A stretch of 63,411 nt of DNA, filler included, from Octopus bimaculoides (Eukaryota): assembly GCF_001194135.2 (NCBI RefSeq). It is 7 parts of 6 records of this genome, joined end to end, with 100 filler letters (N's around TTAATTAATTAA, not from the genome) between each part and the next. Parts side by side here need not be neighbours in the genome. Positions count along the whole stretch, not along the records: positions 38,759 to 49,078 come from NC_068982.1; positions 49,179 to 57,125 come from NC_068994.1; positions 57,226 to 63,411 come from NC_068987.1; 4 more parts are not named here. One strand, given 5' to 3'. Position 1 is the first letter of the stretch, and each line of letters opens with the position of its first letter. The translations under genes were made by a program, and so were the position numbers. Below the pieces are notes generated by a model. The model searched no databases, had not been told where the DNA came from, and was given only the letters and a program-made list of their open reading frames with translations. Shown here piece after piece: positions 48,656 through 61,743 of the stretch.

Positions 48656-49179
48656 ATCCTTTCTACTATAGGTACAAAGGGAGAGGGGGAAGATGATTAC
48701 ATCGACCACCCTTCCCCCACCAGTGCTTATTTATCGAACCCGAAAGGACGAAAAGCAAAATCAATTTCGGTAGAATTTGAACTCAAAACGTAAAGACAGG
48801 AGAAATGTCGCTAAATTCTGTCCAGCGCGATAACGATTCTGCCATTTCGTTGCATTAACGACAACAACAACAACAACAACAACGACAGCTATTATTATAA
48901 TAATAACAAGAGCACTCAAAGAGCGCAAACCTCCGCCAAGGCAACATCATCATCGTCTCAACGATTAGCCAGAGATGATTTTTTAAATGAGAATATCTGA
49001 AATAAACTCGACTGCTCTCACAAACGCGAATGCTAAAAATGAACCCGACCACTCTCAAAAATTATGTAAAAAAAAAAANNNNNNNNNNNNNNNNNNNNNN
49101 NNNNNNNNNNNNNNNNNNNNNNTTAATTAATTAANNNNNNNNNNNNNNNNNNNNNNNNNNNNNNNNNNNNNNNNNNNNA

Positions 49180-49418
49180 TTTTTATCAAATATTTTATAA
49201 CCATACTGTGCATCATTGAGCAATTTTGAGAGCGGTATTAGGGCTAGACAGAAGAGGAGTGGTGATAGTGAGTCACCCTGGAAAATGCCACATAAAATTC
49301 TTACATCTCCAGCATTTAGAGATTCATTGTCATTGTTCAACGTCAGTGTGGTTCTCCATGATCTCATACTTACAGATAAAAAGTTTCGCAGAGTAGGAGC
49401 TATTTTATACAATTCCAT
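49180..49418 (-). mobile_element. R4/Dong-like LINE RT fragment
   Basis: SMRSWRTTLTL...GIFQGDSLSPLLFCLALIPLSKLL; runs into a gap. Confidence 0.85.
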
Positions 49419-49448
49419 TATTATTTTTATTATTATTATTATTATTTT

Positions 49449-49517
<69 letters not shown>

Positions 49518-49999
49518 TATTATTATTACAGGCGGGGATCTGGCAGAATCGTTAGCATGCCCTTAACAAAATGTTTAGCGGCATTTCATTCGTCTTGATG
49601 CTCTGAGTTCAAATTCTCTTTGTCTCTGATAAAATGAGTACCAATCATGTACTGTCGTCGATGTAACTGTCCTCGTTTTCTCTCAAAAACTACTGGTTCT
49701 GTACCAAAATTTGAAACCATTATTAAGGTGGTGAACTGGTACAGACAACATTCTCAGCGGTATTTTGCATGCTTTAGGATCTGAGCTCAAATTCTGCCGA
49801 GATCGACTTTACCATTCATCTTTTTGGCGTCGTGAAATAAAAACTGAGGTCGATGTAATCGACTTAGCTCCTCTCACAAAATGTCTGGCCTTGTGCCTAT
49901 AATAATAAAAAAGATTATCATAATGTCCCAGTGAACCCAAACAATATGAAGATTGATCTTCCACCTATCATATTGTTATTCATCTAGTGAATAACAATA

Positions 50000-50800
50000 G
50001 TGTCTGAATTTTAACCCTAGGCAGCTAAGACGAGGTGCGGAATGAGTTTTCAATGACCATATCTGCTCATCGTTGTCGATCAGGAATCTCTGCAGATGTA
50101 TCAGTACTGAGAAACAAAGGGCTGGAGCGAGTCTAGGAATCGATAAGAACAATCCGAGTAGTCTCTCTGAAAAATGTTCAGGTCAAGGTTTATGAATAAT
50201 TTCCAAAAGTCCCTAGCCTGGCAAGCTTTAGTGGGCAATGCTTCAGTAGGTATGACTGTGTTGGAACCGTCAGCAGTTGAACCTGTCCGAAATGCGCATA
50301 GGGTGTCTCGGTATGTATTCATTACATGTTTGTGCATTGCGGGTTGTGGATTTTTGTGGAACAGCTATTATCACTTGCGGGACGTATCTGGCTATCGAGA
50401 AGATCTGCCCCATTGCCTTTCTTTTGCAAGAAAGAGCAGGTAAACTTTCTTTGTTTAGTGGTCATAATGAAAGAATGCGGTTGAAAGATCTGAGGACAGA
50501 GCTTTTTATGTCAGGAAAAGTCCTCATCAACTTCTTTAAGTATTACTTGAAGGAAGGCCAGGAAGGTAATGATATAGAGGGAAGTGTTACTCTCCAGAAA
50601 ATTTTATGAAATGTGGGTGAGCGTGAAGAAAATATTGTGTACCAAAGACAGTTTGGCCAAACGCGGAGGAAAAGGGCATTTGGTCTTTTAAGGTAACGTG
50701 GAGTTTACGTGCTTGGTGTCCTGAATCACCCTATATGGTTATTTCCCATTTGGGAATCCTTTCTTGTATTGTTATTGCTATGGTTATCTTTTAATGTAAC
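50000..50800 (+). mobile_element. L1/Tx1-clade LINE 3' fragment (zinc-knuckle region and UTR)
   Basis: MNNFQKSLAWQ, CPKC...H.FVHC remnant, VLINFFKYYLK. Confidence 0.6.
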
Positions 50801-51354
50801 GTGTCTTGTCAACTTACACTACTACACAGAGTAAATACCACAGTATTTCTTGTTTGTTGCGCTTGTATGTTGCATGTGTACTGTCCTTAATTATTCAGGT
50901 ATCTGTGAATAAATAATTGATTAAGGCACACTGAGTAGCGATGATTAAAATAAAGCTGTGTACATTTATATTTAGCATGTTTTTATACACTCAAACATGG
51001 AAATACCTTCGCTGTAGTAACAGTCTTGGAAGAGACTGTGTGCGTGAGACCATATCAAGCTGGGCTATGGATGACGTCATCAGGCAGTAGGACACTTGTT
51101 TCCGTGTGGTTATGCTTCATCATTTACAGACAATGGTGGGACAGAGGAGTGAGAGCAGACAAAAAGAAAAATATTATTATTATTAATGACGCATGACCTA
51201 GTGTTGCACCCACGATCACGAGATCAGGGTTTCAATTCTTAGACCAGGTAGTGCGTTGTGGTCTTGAGCAAAACACTTTATCTCATGTTGCTCTGCGATT
51301 ACTTCGACACGCGTGATACACCGTGCACCTATTCAAACAACGTCGATTTGATGG

Positions 51355-51396
<42 letters not shown>

Positions 51397-51415
51397 GTTA
51401 TTATTATTATTATTA

Positions 51416-51872
51416 TTGAGTGAGAGAGCTGCGCATTCCATCGAAGTGATACTGGGGTAAAATTATACGAAGTCCAATATACCCATCATGACTACCCGTT
51501 TGATAAGGGTACATCAGGCACATGCATCACGACCACATGTGCGCGACATTGTGTTTTTATTTCAAGATAAACAGCGCATAACCTTGCACGTGGAGCCCAA
51601 TTAGAATTTTTTTCAGGTTGAGTAGCCCATCCCGCTCAAAATGTCCCTGAATAAAGTTTGTTGAAGGAAGATGAACGAAACATCCATGTTTCCAGAGGTG
51701 AATTATTCAAACACCAAAGAATGCCTCTCAATACATGGTTCCCTCACTACCTCTGCTCGTGATCAGAGATGCACATATCGTCAGCCACCAAGGGACATGC
51801 TTAACTGGTTATGGTCAAACAACTGACAAGCAAATGTGCGGTATTGAGCAGAATATTTACTACAGCCCATCT
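51416..51872 (-). mobile_element. Family E copy flanked by (ATT)n on both sides
   Basis: Reverse complement of ~59450-59914. Confidence 0.8.
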
Positions 51873-51876
51873 TTTA

Positions 51877-51963
<87 letters not shown>

Positions 51964-52594
51964 CGAACGTGGTTGGTGTTCTTTAAACAGTTGCTGATAA
52001 TTCATACTTTTCCCTCAATGGTAGTAGTAGAAAACAAGAGATAACAAGAAAGTAGCTTGCAGAACAAATGTCAAATGTTTTATACTGAAATGTCCGCCAA
52101 AGCAACATGAAACAAATATTAATTAAACGTCAATGTCATGTGTGACCTAAAATGGCCAAGGGTGGTGCGAAGATCAAGGCAATCCCCACTGATTTTATGA
52201 TACATNNNNNNNNNNNNNNNNNNNNNNNNNNNNNNNNNNNNNNNNNNNNNNNNNNNNNNNNNNNNNNNNNNNNNNNNNNNNNNNNNNNNNNNNNNNNNNN
52301 NNNNNNNNNNNNNNNNNNNNNNNNNNNNNNNNNNNNNNNNNNNNNNNNNNNNNNNNNNNNNNNNNNNNNNNNNNNNNNNNNNNNNNNNNNNNNNNNNNNN
52401 NNNNNNNNNNNNNNNNNNNNNNNNNNNNNNNNNNNNNNNNNNNNNNNNNNNNNNNNNNNNNNNNNNNNNNNNNNNNNNNNNNNNNNNNNNNNNNNNNNNN
52501 NNNNNNNNNNNTATATATATATATATATGTGTATGTATATATATATATGTGTGTATGTATATATATATGTATGTATGTATGCATGTATTTGTGT

Positions 52595-52800
52595 GTTAGT
52601 GTTTGTTCCCCCACCATCGCTTGACAACCGATATTGGTGCGTTTATGTCCCCGTAACTTATCGGTTCGGCAAAAGAGACATGGAATAATTATTAGGCTTA
52701 CAAAGAATAAGCCCTTGGGTCGATTTATTCGACTAAAGGTGGTGCTCCAGCATGGCCGCAGTCAAATGACAGAAACAAGTAAAAGAATAAAAGAAATAAA
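52595..52800 (+). mobile_element. SINE family C 3' part
   Basis: CCACCATCGCTTGACAACCG...CTCCAGCATGGCCGCAGTCAAATGACAGAAACAAGTAAAAG following (TA/TG)n. Confidence 0.75.
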
Positions 52801-53334
52801 GAATATTATGTGTGAGCGTGTGTGTGTAACTGAATATGCGATTATGAGTTTTACATAACAGTATAGATAGTCCAGTATTTCTCGTTTGAAATATATGTAT
52901 GCTTCAACACTGACAACTCAAGAGTTCCTTGTTATAGATCATTTTCGTTCCGTTTATACTGTTCAAGTTACCAAAGGCATAAATGTATTCTACTCCTTTT
53001 GGTCTTCTATCTGAATGCTTTGTCTGCTGAAGACAAGAGAAAACAATTAATGTAGAAGCACGTGTCAACAACTGTCCACATGTTTCACACAACCAGATTA
53101 ATTTGTTTCTGAATGGCAGATAAGTTTTGGGGGATTTTTGAATTTTTAGATTATTTACTCTCATCTGGAATTGATACCAACTGTCACCAAGGAATTAGGT
53201 TACCCTCCCTGGAAGCGGAAATTTCAATAAATCAAGAATCTGTGTTGTATGTTATTTAATACTTATTCATCTTTGCTGTTCAGATACAAACCACTGACGA
53301 CTTTGAATTATTTCTCTTAGTTTATTTTTATTCC

Positions 53335-53420
53335 ATGTATGTATGTATGTATGTATGTATGTATGTATGTATGTATGTATGTATGCATGTATGTATGTAT
53401 GTATGTATGTATGTATGTAT
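53335..53420. repeat. (TATG)n tetranucleotide microsatellite
   Basis: Directly visible. Confidence 0.95.
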
Positions 53421-54029
53421 TTACACACTTAGGTTACTTTTAGTACTACTGGTAACTTGTCGCACGATCGAGCCATCGGCAACTAAACCACCAACCCTAT
53501 CAAACCTGCTTAGCAGGGAGGGTGGTTTTCGTTGGACACTCTGCTGGATGAAAAACAACGCCTGTTAAAGACCGCTAGTCTTTTTTTAGACTTCTCTTTA
53601 GGAGAAGTAAATTCCGAAATAACAACCACTTTATAAAGAAGTCATAGGTTTTGCTCTTGCTTGTTACTGGACTTCTCGGTTTTATAAGTGAGACTCTCAG
53701 TGGTGTTATACAAGGTGCTATTGACTTTAGATTTCAGCACCAGCATTGCTGACAACCATTGTCTTTAACATCTAGGATAAGGTAATTTATCAGTGATGGT
53801 CATACTCGTATGTATGTTATCAATCAGTTTCATTTCTGTATTTCTTGTCCATAGAGAAAGAGCCGGACTCTAACATAGATTCAAGGCTCCTTCATTGGAA
53901 CTTTTATCAACATCATCTAGGTATTTGTGCATATGTGTGTGTGTGTGCAGTATTTGGTGTTAGTGTATGCGCAGATTTGTATGTTTGTTTTATGGATGCG
54001 TTTTTATGTCTAGATGCATGCATATGTAT

Positions 54030-54198
54030 TTATGTGCTAAATTTTTGGAAAGTTTTACATATCTTTACAGTTCCATTGATGGCTTGAATCTGTAGTCTTC
54101 TAATCAGCCTTTTTCTTTCAGGTTTTGAGAACCCTAATTTTTCCAGGTTTTTGTTGAGGCAGATTGTTACATATCCCAATGCCCCAACAATCACGGGT
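54030..54198 (-). mobile_element. RLE LINE 3' end fragment
   Basis: PVIVGALGYVTICLNKNLEKLGF...LQIQAINGTVKICKTFQKFST*. Confidence 0.75.
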
Positions 54199-54658
54199 NN
54201 NNNNNNNNNNNNNNNNNNNNNNNNNNNNNNNNNNNNNNNNNNNNNNNNNNNNNNNNNNNNNNNNNNNNNNNNNNNNNNNNNNNNNNNNNNNNNNNNNNNN
54301 NNNNNNNNNNNNNNNNNNNNNNNNNNNNNNNNNNNNNNNNNNNNNNNNNNNNNNNNNNNNNNNNNNNNNNNNNNNNNNNNNNNNNNNNNNNNNNNNNNNN
54401 NNNNNNNNNNNNNNNNNNNNNNNNNNNNNNNNNNNNNNNNNNNNNNNNNNNNNNNNNNNNNNNNNNNNNNNNNNNNNNNNNNNNNNNNNNNNNNNNNNNN
54501 NNNNNNNNNNNNNNNNNNNNNNNNNNNNNNNNNNNNNNNNNNNNNNNNNNNNNNNNNNNNNNNNNNNNNNNNNNNNNNNNNNNNNNNNNNNNNNNNNNNN
54601 NNNNNNNNNNNNNNNNNNNNNNNNNNNNNNNNNNNNNNNNNNNNNNNNNNNNNNNNNN

Positions 54659-54691
<33 letters not shown>

Positions 54692-55404
54692 GTATAAGTA
54701 TATATGTATGTGTATGCATGTATGTATGTGTTGATATATATTTGTGTGTGCATATGCATAAGCATTCACGTATGTATATATGTGTGTATGTGTGTGTATA
54801 TGTGCGTGCATGTGTGAGTGTGTGTTTGTGTGTGTGTGTGTGTGTATGTGCGTGCATGTGTGAGTGTGTGTTTGTGTGTGTGTGTAAAAGTTTACATTAG
54901 TCATTCATTTCTTTGCCCACATCAATTTCGTTCATGGATGAAACTTTATTTTCGCTATCATCATCATCTTCAGCATCATTATCACCAACATTCTCATCCT
55001 CCTCTTCATCATCAGGTCCATGTACGCCGTCAATGTTATCCTCCTCCTCCTCCTCCTCCTCATCATCATCATCATCACCACCATCATCATCTTCATCATC
55101 ACTGTATCTTTTCCTATTGGATCTCTCAAGGTATGCTGAATGTTCGTTTTGTTTCGTATTCCTCTCAGACGGTGGTGTCTCCTAGTGTTAGAATGCAAAA
55201 ATAATATATAATTACAAATATATGCATTTATAGGACATGCATACATACGTACATACATATAGGTACACACACCCTCATACACACACGTCACAGAACCTAC
55301 CAAAACTTGAAATCGTTATCTAAGCGTTATCCGAGTCTAATAAGATAATCTGTGAATTAAATCAGCCGATATTAATATAGGTAATCACCATATCTGCCTC
55401 TTTT

Positions 55405-55660
55405 GCCGAAACGTTAAGTTACGGGGACGTAAACAAACTAGCAGCACTTGACAAGTGGTGTGTGTTGGACCAACACAAAGAGAAACATGCATAGATCTAA
55501 ATACATATATACGACGGGCTTCTTACAGTTTTTGTCTATCAGATCTACAAGGATTTCGTCAGTTCCAGTTTATATTAGAAGATACTTGCCCAAGGTGCCA
55601 CGCAGTGGAAGTGAACCCGAAACCATGTGATGCAGAGGTAAACTTCTTACAACACAGCGA
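55405..55660 (-). mobile_element. SINE family C copy
   Basis: ACTTGCCCAAGGTGCCACGCAGTGG and TAAGTTACGGGGACGTAAAC on the plus strand. Confidence 0.75.
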
Positions 55661-55677
55661 CGCTCAGTGAGTCAGGA

Positions 55678-56597
55678 TGTTCGCCACGACTACTAAGCCC
55701 AGCCGGAGCACGTAACGATGACAACAGGCAAAAGGAGGAAGAAATAACACGGAGACCATACGTTGCGTAGTGGAACTAACTTTTTTCTTAGCAAAACAAT
55801 ACATCATCAATACAAAACATCATTGCATACAATAACATGTAACAATAGCGCATGCAAGCATTTAACATAATCAAAGTTTCAGAACATTGCATAATCAAAA
55901 GTTTACTATCAGAGTTCGTATATCAAGTCAACTAAAAGTTCTTTTACTTCTTTGTTTTCTTTTCTTTGAACAACATGTCACAACAAAGTTCTTTTCTTTT
56001 CTTTTCCACTAGTTAACATCACAGTTAACAGAATCTCTTTTTCTTTTAAAACATGTAACAACAAAGTTCTCTCTTTAAAGAATATTTAAACAAACCTTCA
56101 CCGCAAGAATTTCCTTTCCTTCAAAGCTCCCACTACAATCCACAAGAAGTGACGAACTACAATCTTTTAGCCTGCCACAACAGTTCCATCTCTCTGTCCA
56201 TCTCTCTCTTAGACTCTATCCATTTCTGCTGACTGGTACCTTCTGATCATAGTCTCTCTCTTTCAGCCTCTGTCTGTCAGTCTCTCTGTTCATCTTGCTC
56301 CTCTACTGGCCGCTGGCCTTCACATCAACTGCCGTACATCTTCATCCATTGATTTTCCGCTAACTGCTTGTCCGCCAACTGCTTGATACCAACTCCGTAC
56401 GCCAACTGCTCTCGTATTTATGAGAGATACCGTATCCAGCAGTCCTACGTTACCCTCCTCCAGAGCTGGGTCAGTTTAGTACAATTCCTAACTTGTTTTT
56501 CTGAACTTTTGGTGACCGGAAAGGGTCAGCGATCATTCTTACGCTAAAAATAACTGTGCTTGTTCACAGGACAAAGGAAATACCATTATCCTCAACA
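55678..56597. mobile_element. Possible solo LTR
   Basis: ~920 bp non-coding segment bounded by TGTT...AACA, with internal short CCAACTGCT repeats; no TSD found. Confidence 0.3.
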
Positions 56598-56691
56598 ACC
56601 AGAATACGGTTTCAAACCCAGTTCGGGGAATAAGGACCTAACGTTATTTTGTTTGTTTATCGGAGTCCGTATCACTATGTATGTATGTGTG

Positions 56692-56940
56692 GGATCTTGT
56701 TCAAAACGGGGGCACCAGTATTTTCTTAACGAAACACTTTGAAACTTGGGACACTGGTAGAATGTGTCATATAAAACATCTTTTTCTCTTAGTCTTCTTA
56801 ACAAAAAAAAAACGTACATCGCAAGTTATTTCATGTTAAAGTTGTCGTATTTCTGTAATTTCAACCAATGACTGATGTCCATTCAGCCGAATACATTAAG
56901 TGCTGACTACGTAAACAAACGATTTTCAAACGATTCTGGC
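56692..56940. mobile_element. Partial second copy of the same MITE arm
   Basis: Starts GGATCTTGTTCAAAACGGGGGC and matches the reverse complement of ~17290-17522; a (TTAGGG)4 run follows at ~57055-57078. Confidence 0.75.
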
Positions 56941-57226
56941 GGTGATAAAATTGTAATTTCCTTGTCAAAATATGGCTGAAGCATATTGGCAGTAGCTAAT
57001 AAACCTTTCTATTATAGGCACAAGGCCTGGTTTTTGAGGGAAGGAGCAAGTCAATTAGGGTTAGGGTTAGGGTTAGGGAAAACGAACACACGTGTGTTGC
57101 CTCTGCAAAATGTCAGAAGTAATGGNNNNNNNNNNNNNNNNNNNNNNNNNNNNNNNNNNNNNNNNNNNNTTAATTAATTAANNNNNNNNNNNNNNNNNNN
57201 NNNNNNNNNNNNNNNNNNNNNNNNNA

Positions 57227-58430
57227 TCAGAGTTATGGGACTGAAAGTCCTCACACATCTCCTCCTATCCTTGGATCGAACGTCCATACGCATCTGCCAA
57301 AGAGCTTATCGTAGCTTCAATGCCACGTTGGATTTCTATCGTGCGAGTCCACCCTGCAGCAGTGATACCAACGCGGCCAAGTGCACGTACTTTTTCTTGG
57401 ACCCTGCATCCTTCGTGTTTGGCATTGAGGTATCGGTCTAAGTCCGATTTCGCCGCCAAAACTTGGGGTGCAGAGTCCACCCCCAGCGCCTCTTCTAGGG
57501 CCTTAACTAACCCCCCTTCTACTCTAATTTGTTCTAGGCTTAACTGCTTGCTGCACCCAATTGATTTAAGTCGAATGGCTTATTTGAAGACATACTACCA
57601 CCGGTTATTTAACACAGTGCCGGTTAATGCCTTCATTATTAACTTTCTAATCTGACTACGTTAAGCTTCGCAAGCCAAAAGAGATTTGTTCAACGTCCAG
57701 TAGCCAGACCCCTGTTTATGTACTTTATCTATATGCATCCCACACGTCACTAATTTGTGTTCCGTATAAAATACGTAGGTAAATTGGCGACAGCTAAAAC
57801 TAGACTTATCTCTAGAATTAATTATACTCCTGTCTGTGTAAGACTTGATTGATCCGTCGTTGTTACTCCAAGTCTCCATTAGAACACTTAAATAATCAAG
57901 TCTATCGATCTGCCAGCCCAAATCGCTTCAACAGATCGACGAGGCGTGAGTTACTTTTCCTATTGTTCGAGCCTACGCTATCCGGGCGTGTATCGAGAAA
58001 AGCGTTAAAGTCTCCAAGGATGACTAGTGTCTTTGACGTTACCAGAAAATTGTCCAGGCGTCGATAGAAATCATTCCGTTTGTCCACCGTGCTAGGCGCG
58101 AAATGCCGATCAACCTGAAGGTTTTATCCCTGAATGTCAGATCAAAAACCGGCCAACTCAACTTCTGGGTCCACAAAGATCGTACGTATCTGCAGAGCCA
58201 AGTTTTTCGGAGCAAAACTACAACTCCTCCCCTCCCCCGGTCTGGTTAGAAGACATGATTTTCTCACAGCCATTCACGAGAGTCAAGAAGGCCTGCAGCT
58301 TTTCCAGGTTGGTTTCTGCAGCCACGTTTACATCTATACCATGTGACATGAGGTCGTTGAGGAAACAAACTTGCTTCCACTTCGAGTTCAGACCATTCAC
58401 ATTCAGACAACCTATGTTGAGTGTATCCAT
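57227..58430 (-). mobile_element. L1/Tx1-clade LINE ORF2 5' part (APE endonuclease), degenerate
   Basis: MDTLNIGCLNVNGLNS..AETN, LVILGDFNA, DR..., TEH(SDH), GSGYWTLN, with frameshifts; truncated by a gap. Confidence 0.85.
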
Positions 58431-58837
58431 GTCAAAAAAGTGAAAACAGGAAAATTGGGCTTACCTGCCCTTTTTCATCTGTAGTGTGGGACTAATCTTA
58501 GTACTACAGGGATATGCTCCACTCTGCCTTCTTCTCTTCCAGGCTTGGCTCCACCGGCGGGTTAAATTTTGGGGAGCGTCTTAAACTCTGTAACATCTTT
58601 AGGCTGTCTTGTCTTTAATCTTGTATAAAGTTTGTACAAAATTTTTACAGTCGTGTTGGTATTTTTCTCATCGTCGCTATAGAAACCTTGGAAGTTCTAC
58701 CTTTTCAAGCGAAATGATATCTTTTGCCATCCTACAACGGAGGCAACCTTTTTTTTACACACTTCAGCCAATGCAAAATAACAGCAAAACAATAACAACA
58801 ACAATAATGTCGATGATGGTAATAATAATAATAATAA

Positions 58838-59116
58838 CTCGAATGTGGAATCTAAAAACAGAAACAATTCCTATCTTAGTAGGTGCCGTAGGTATAATAA
58901 AAAAAAAATATTCAGACAAGTATATTACAAAAACACCAGGACTTACAAATATATATAGCATACAGAAAATTGCACTACTGGGCACTGCACACATCCTACG
59001 CAAAGCACTTTCAATACAATAACCATAAGAGCATCACAGCAAACCTCAGCACATATCCAAGGCACACAGAGCTGCGCTCGGTAGTGAAGTGAAAGCACGT
59101 TATAAAAATAAAACTA

Positions 59117-59163
<47 letters not shown>

Positions 59164-59165
59164 TA
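58838..59165 (+). mobile_element. R4/Dong-like LINE short 3' end
   Basis: RMWNLKTETIPILVGAVGIIKK...IQKIALLGTAHILRKALSIQ*, UTR and (AAT)n tail; the 5' junction is also in (AAT)n. Confidence 0.85.
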
Positions 59166-59170
59166 ATAAT

Positions 59171-60192
59171 GTACGTTGTTTTTTCTTGGTATAGAAGATG
59201 GGCTACAGCAAATATTCTGCTCAATACCATAAATTCTCACAGACAGTGGATTTCGGCTTCTGATCTTAATTGATTGGAAGTGTTATCATGTACGTTGTTT
59301 TGTCTTGGTATGAAAGAAGGGCTACAACAAATATTCTGCTCAAAACCACAGATTTGAATGCCCTGATGCAGTACCAGGCAGTGGCTCTAATGGCTTCTGA
59401 TCTTAATTGATTGGAAGTTTTATCATATACGATCTTCTGTCGTGCTATGAAGGATGGGCTACAGCAAATATTCTACTCAATACCACAGATTTGCTAGTCA
59501 GTTGTTTGACCTTAACCAGTTGAGCATGTCCCTTGGTGGCTGACGATATGTGCATCTCTGATAACCAGCAGAAGTACTGGGGGAGCATCATAGCCATGTA
59601 TTGAGAGAAGTTCTTTGGGGTTTGGATAATTCACCTCTGGAAACATGGGTGTTTTGCTCAACATTCTTAAACAAGCCTTATTCAGGGACCTTTTGAGCGG
59701 GATGGGCTACTCGACCTGAAACAAATTCTAACTAGGCCCCACCTGCGAGGTCATGCGCTGTTTATCTTGATATTAGATCACCATGTCCCGCGCATATGGT
59801 TGTGATGCATGTGCCTGGTGTACCCTTATCAGACGGGTAGTCATGATGGTGTATATTGGGTTTTGTATATTTTACCCCAGTATCACTTTGATGGTATGCA
59901 CTGCTCTCTCACTCAATAATAATGATAATGCCCGGATGCAGTACCAGGCAGTGGCTCTCATGGCTTCTGATCTTATTTGATTCGGAGTATTATCATGTAC
60001 GCTGTTTTGTCTTGGTATAAAAAATGGGCTACAGCAAATATTCTGCTTAATGCTACAGATTTGCTTTTCAGTTGTTTGACCTTAACCAGTTGAGCATGTC
60101 CCTTGGTGGCTGACGATATGTGCATCTCTGATCATGAGAAGGAGAAGTGGGGGAGCATCATAGCCCTGTGTTGAGAGGGATACTTTGGGGTT
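59171..60192 (+). mobile_element. Cluster of an unclassified ~560-bp AAT-flanked interspersed repeat (family E)
   Basis: Complete unit 59359-59914 (TGCCCTGATGCAGTACCAGG...CTCTCTCACTC-AATAAT), with partial units before and after; the reverse-orientation copy is at 51416-51872 and a fragment at ~45790-45960. Confidence 0.8.
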
Positions 60193-60594
60193 CCAATAAT
60201 GAAATTTAAAAACATTTTTTGAACTCTATAAAGTATGGCGTTAATATTTTAAGTGTATTATTTTTACCATCATTATCATCACTATCATGAACAGAAGCAG
60301 CAGTATCTGAAAGGTTAGGCAGAGGTAACGATGTATCTCGAAGTAGATAAGACCATAAATATAATGTCGTGAAAACTCTGAATTAAGGAGCCCTTTGTCG
60401 AAGGCCACCCATAGAGCATTATCCCACATCCCCTGAAAACATGACAAGCCATTGGACTTCCCCCCCATATATAGCGATTTAAAAAAAAATATTTACGCAC
60501 TATAACCTATAGCTTGATCAGCTTCGAGATACCCCTGTACCCAAAATAAAGATAGGCGTTATGTGATCAATAATAATAATAATAACAATAATGA

Positions 60595-60795
60595 ACCTTT
60601 CTACTGAAGGTACACAACCTGAGATTTTTGGAGTGTGGGCTATTAGATTATATCGACCCCAGTACTCAACTGGTACTTATTTCATCGACCCTAGAAAGGA
60701 TAAAAGGCAAAGTCGACCTAGGTAGAATTTGAACGCAGAATCTAAAGGCAGACGCTAAGCATATTTTCCGGCGTGCTAACGATTCTGGCAGTATT
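60595..60795 (-). mobile_element. SINE family A copy
   Basis: ATCGACCCCAGT..AAGGCAAAGTCGACC..CGTGCTAACGATTCTG. Confidence 0.75.
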
Positions 60796-61743
60796 ATTAA
60801 TAATAAAACCATTTAGTTACCAACATTTGAAATAAAAAGTGCAATAATTAAAAAGGTGATGAAGATTGTATGTGTGTATTGAATAGAACGTAGAAGTAAC
60901 TACTAGTATGAAAGCCCAGTGTTTAGGTATGTAGTCGTGTGGTTGGTGCAGCGATATGTCTCTGGCAATAAATCACAAGCGTTAGTTGCGATATTGGTAA
61001 ACAAAATGTGTTCTCACCTGAAATTAGGTGATTAAGAAGTGTCAAGATATACATTAAAATATTTATCAGTCATCCTCGACCCCAGCAATGCAATGACAGT
61101 GTAAAATACAACTGATTTTATTGAATCAAAAAAAAATGTTGAATACGTACTATAATTAAATTTTAGCGTGGTGAATATTAAGCAAACAAAATAGGTAAGT
61201 TAATTACTCATTTCAAACACCTGTATCAGAATAGTAGAGAGCAAATAATGCTTGTAGCTGTATTGTTGAAATGAAACAATTTTAGAGGACATAGACCACG
61301 GATATTGCAACCATTCTATGTTATTTCTGAAAAAGGACATTTGAGACTGCTTCACCGTTAATGGAAGGAAAAGAAATGTAATACTTCTTCGGATGCATTT
61401 ATGTAACTTAGAATCACAAACACCATGCAGCCAGAAGTGAACAAACACCTGAGCGGAATATGTGATTAATGAGCTAATTCCCCTTTGCACAAATGCATAC
61501 AAAACTCACGAGAAAGCTTTATTTGATAAGGATGAAGGAACCTATAATTTTCTGCGGCGAACTGGAAGGATCTTTAACACGCCGGACAAAGTGCTAACCG
61601 GTATTTCTCCGTTCTTATGCTCTCATCCGTTCGGGCTTGACAAAATAAGTTCCACTTAAGCATTGGGGTGGTTGTAGTCGACCTACACCCTCTCCTGAAC
61701 TTGACCTTGCACCAAAATTTGAATCTAATGTTAGTGTTTTAAA

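Noticed and set aside
50000-58430. A single full-length L1/Tx1 element made from the 57227-58430 and 50000-50800 fragments
   Set aside because: The fragments are on opposite strands and separated by unsized gaps and unrelated repeats
61200-61659. Short ORFs 61200-61502 (-) and 61462-61659 (+)
   Set aside because: No recognisable domain or convincing splice sites; cannot be supported
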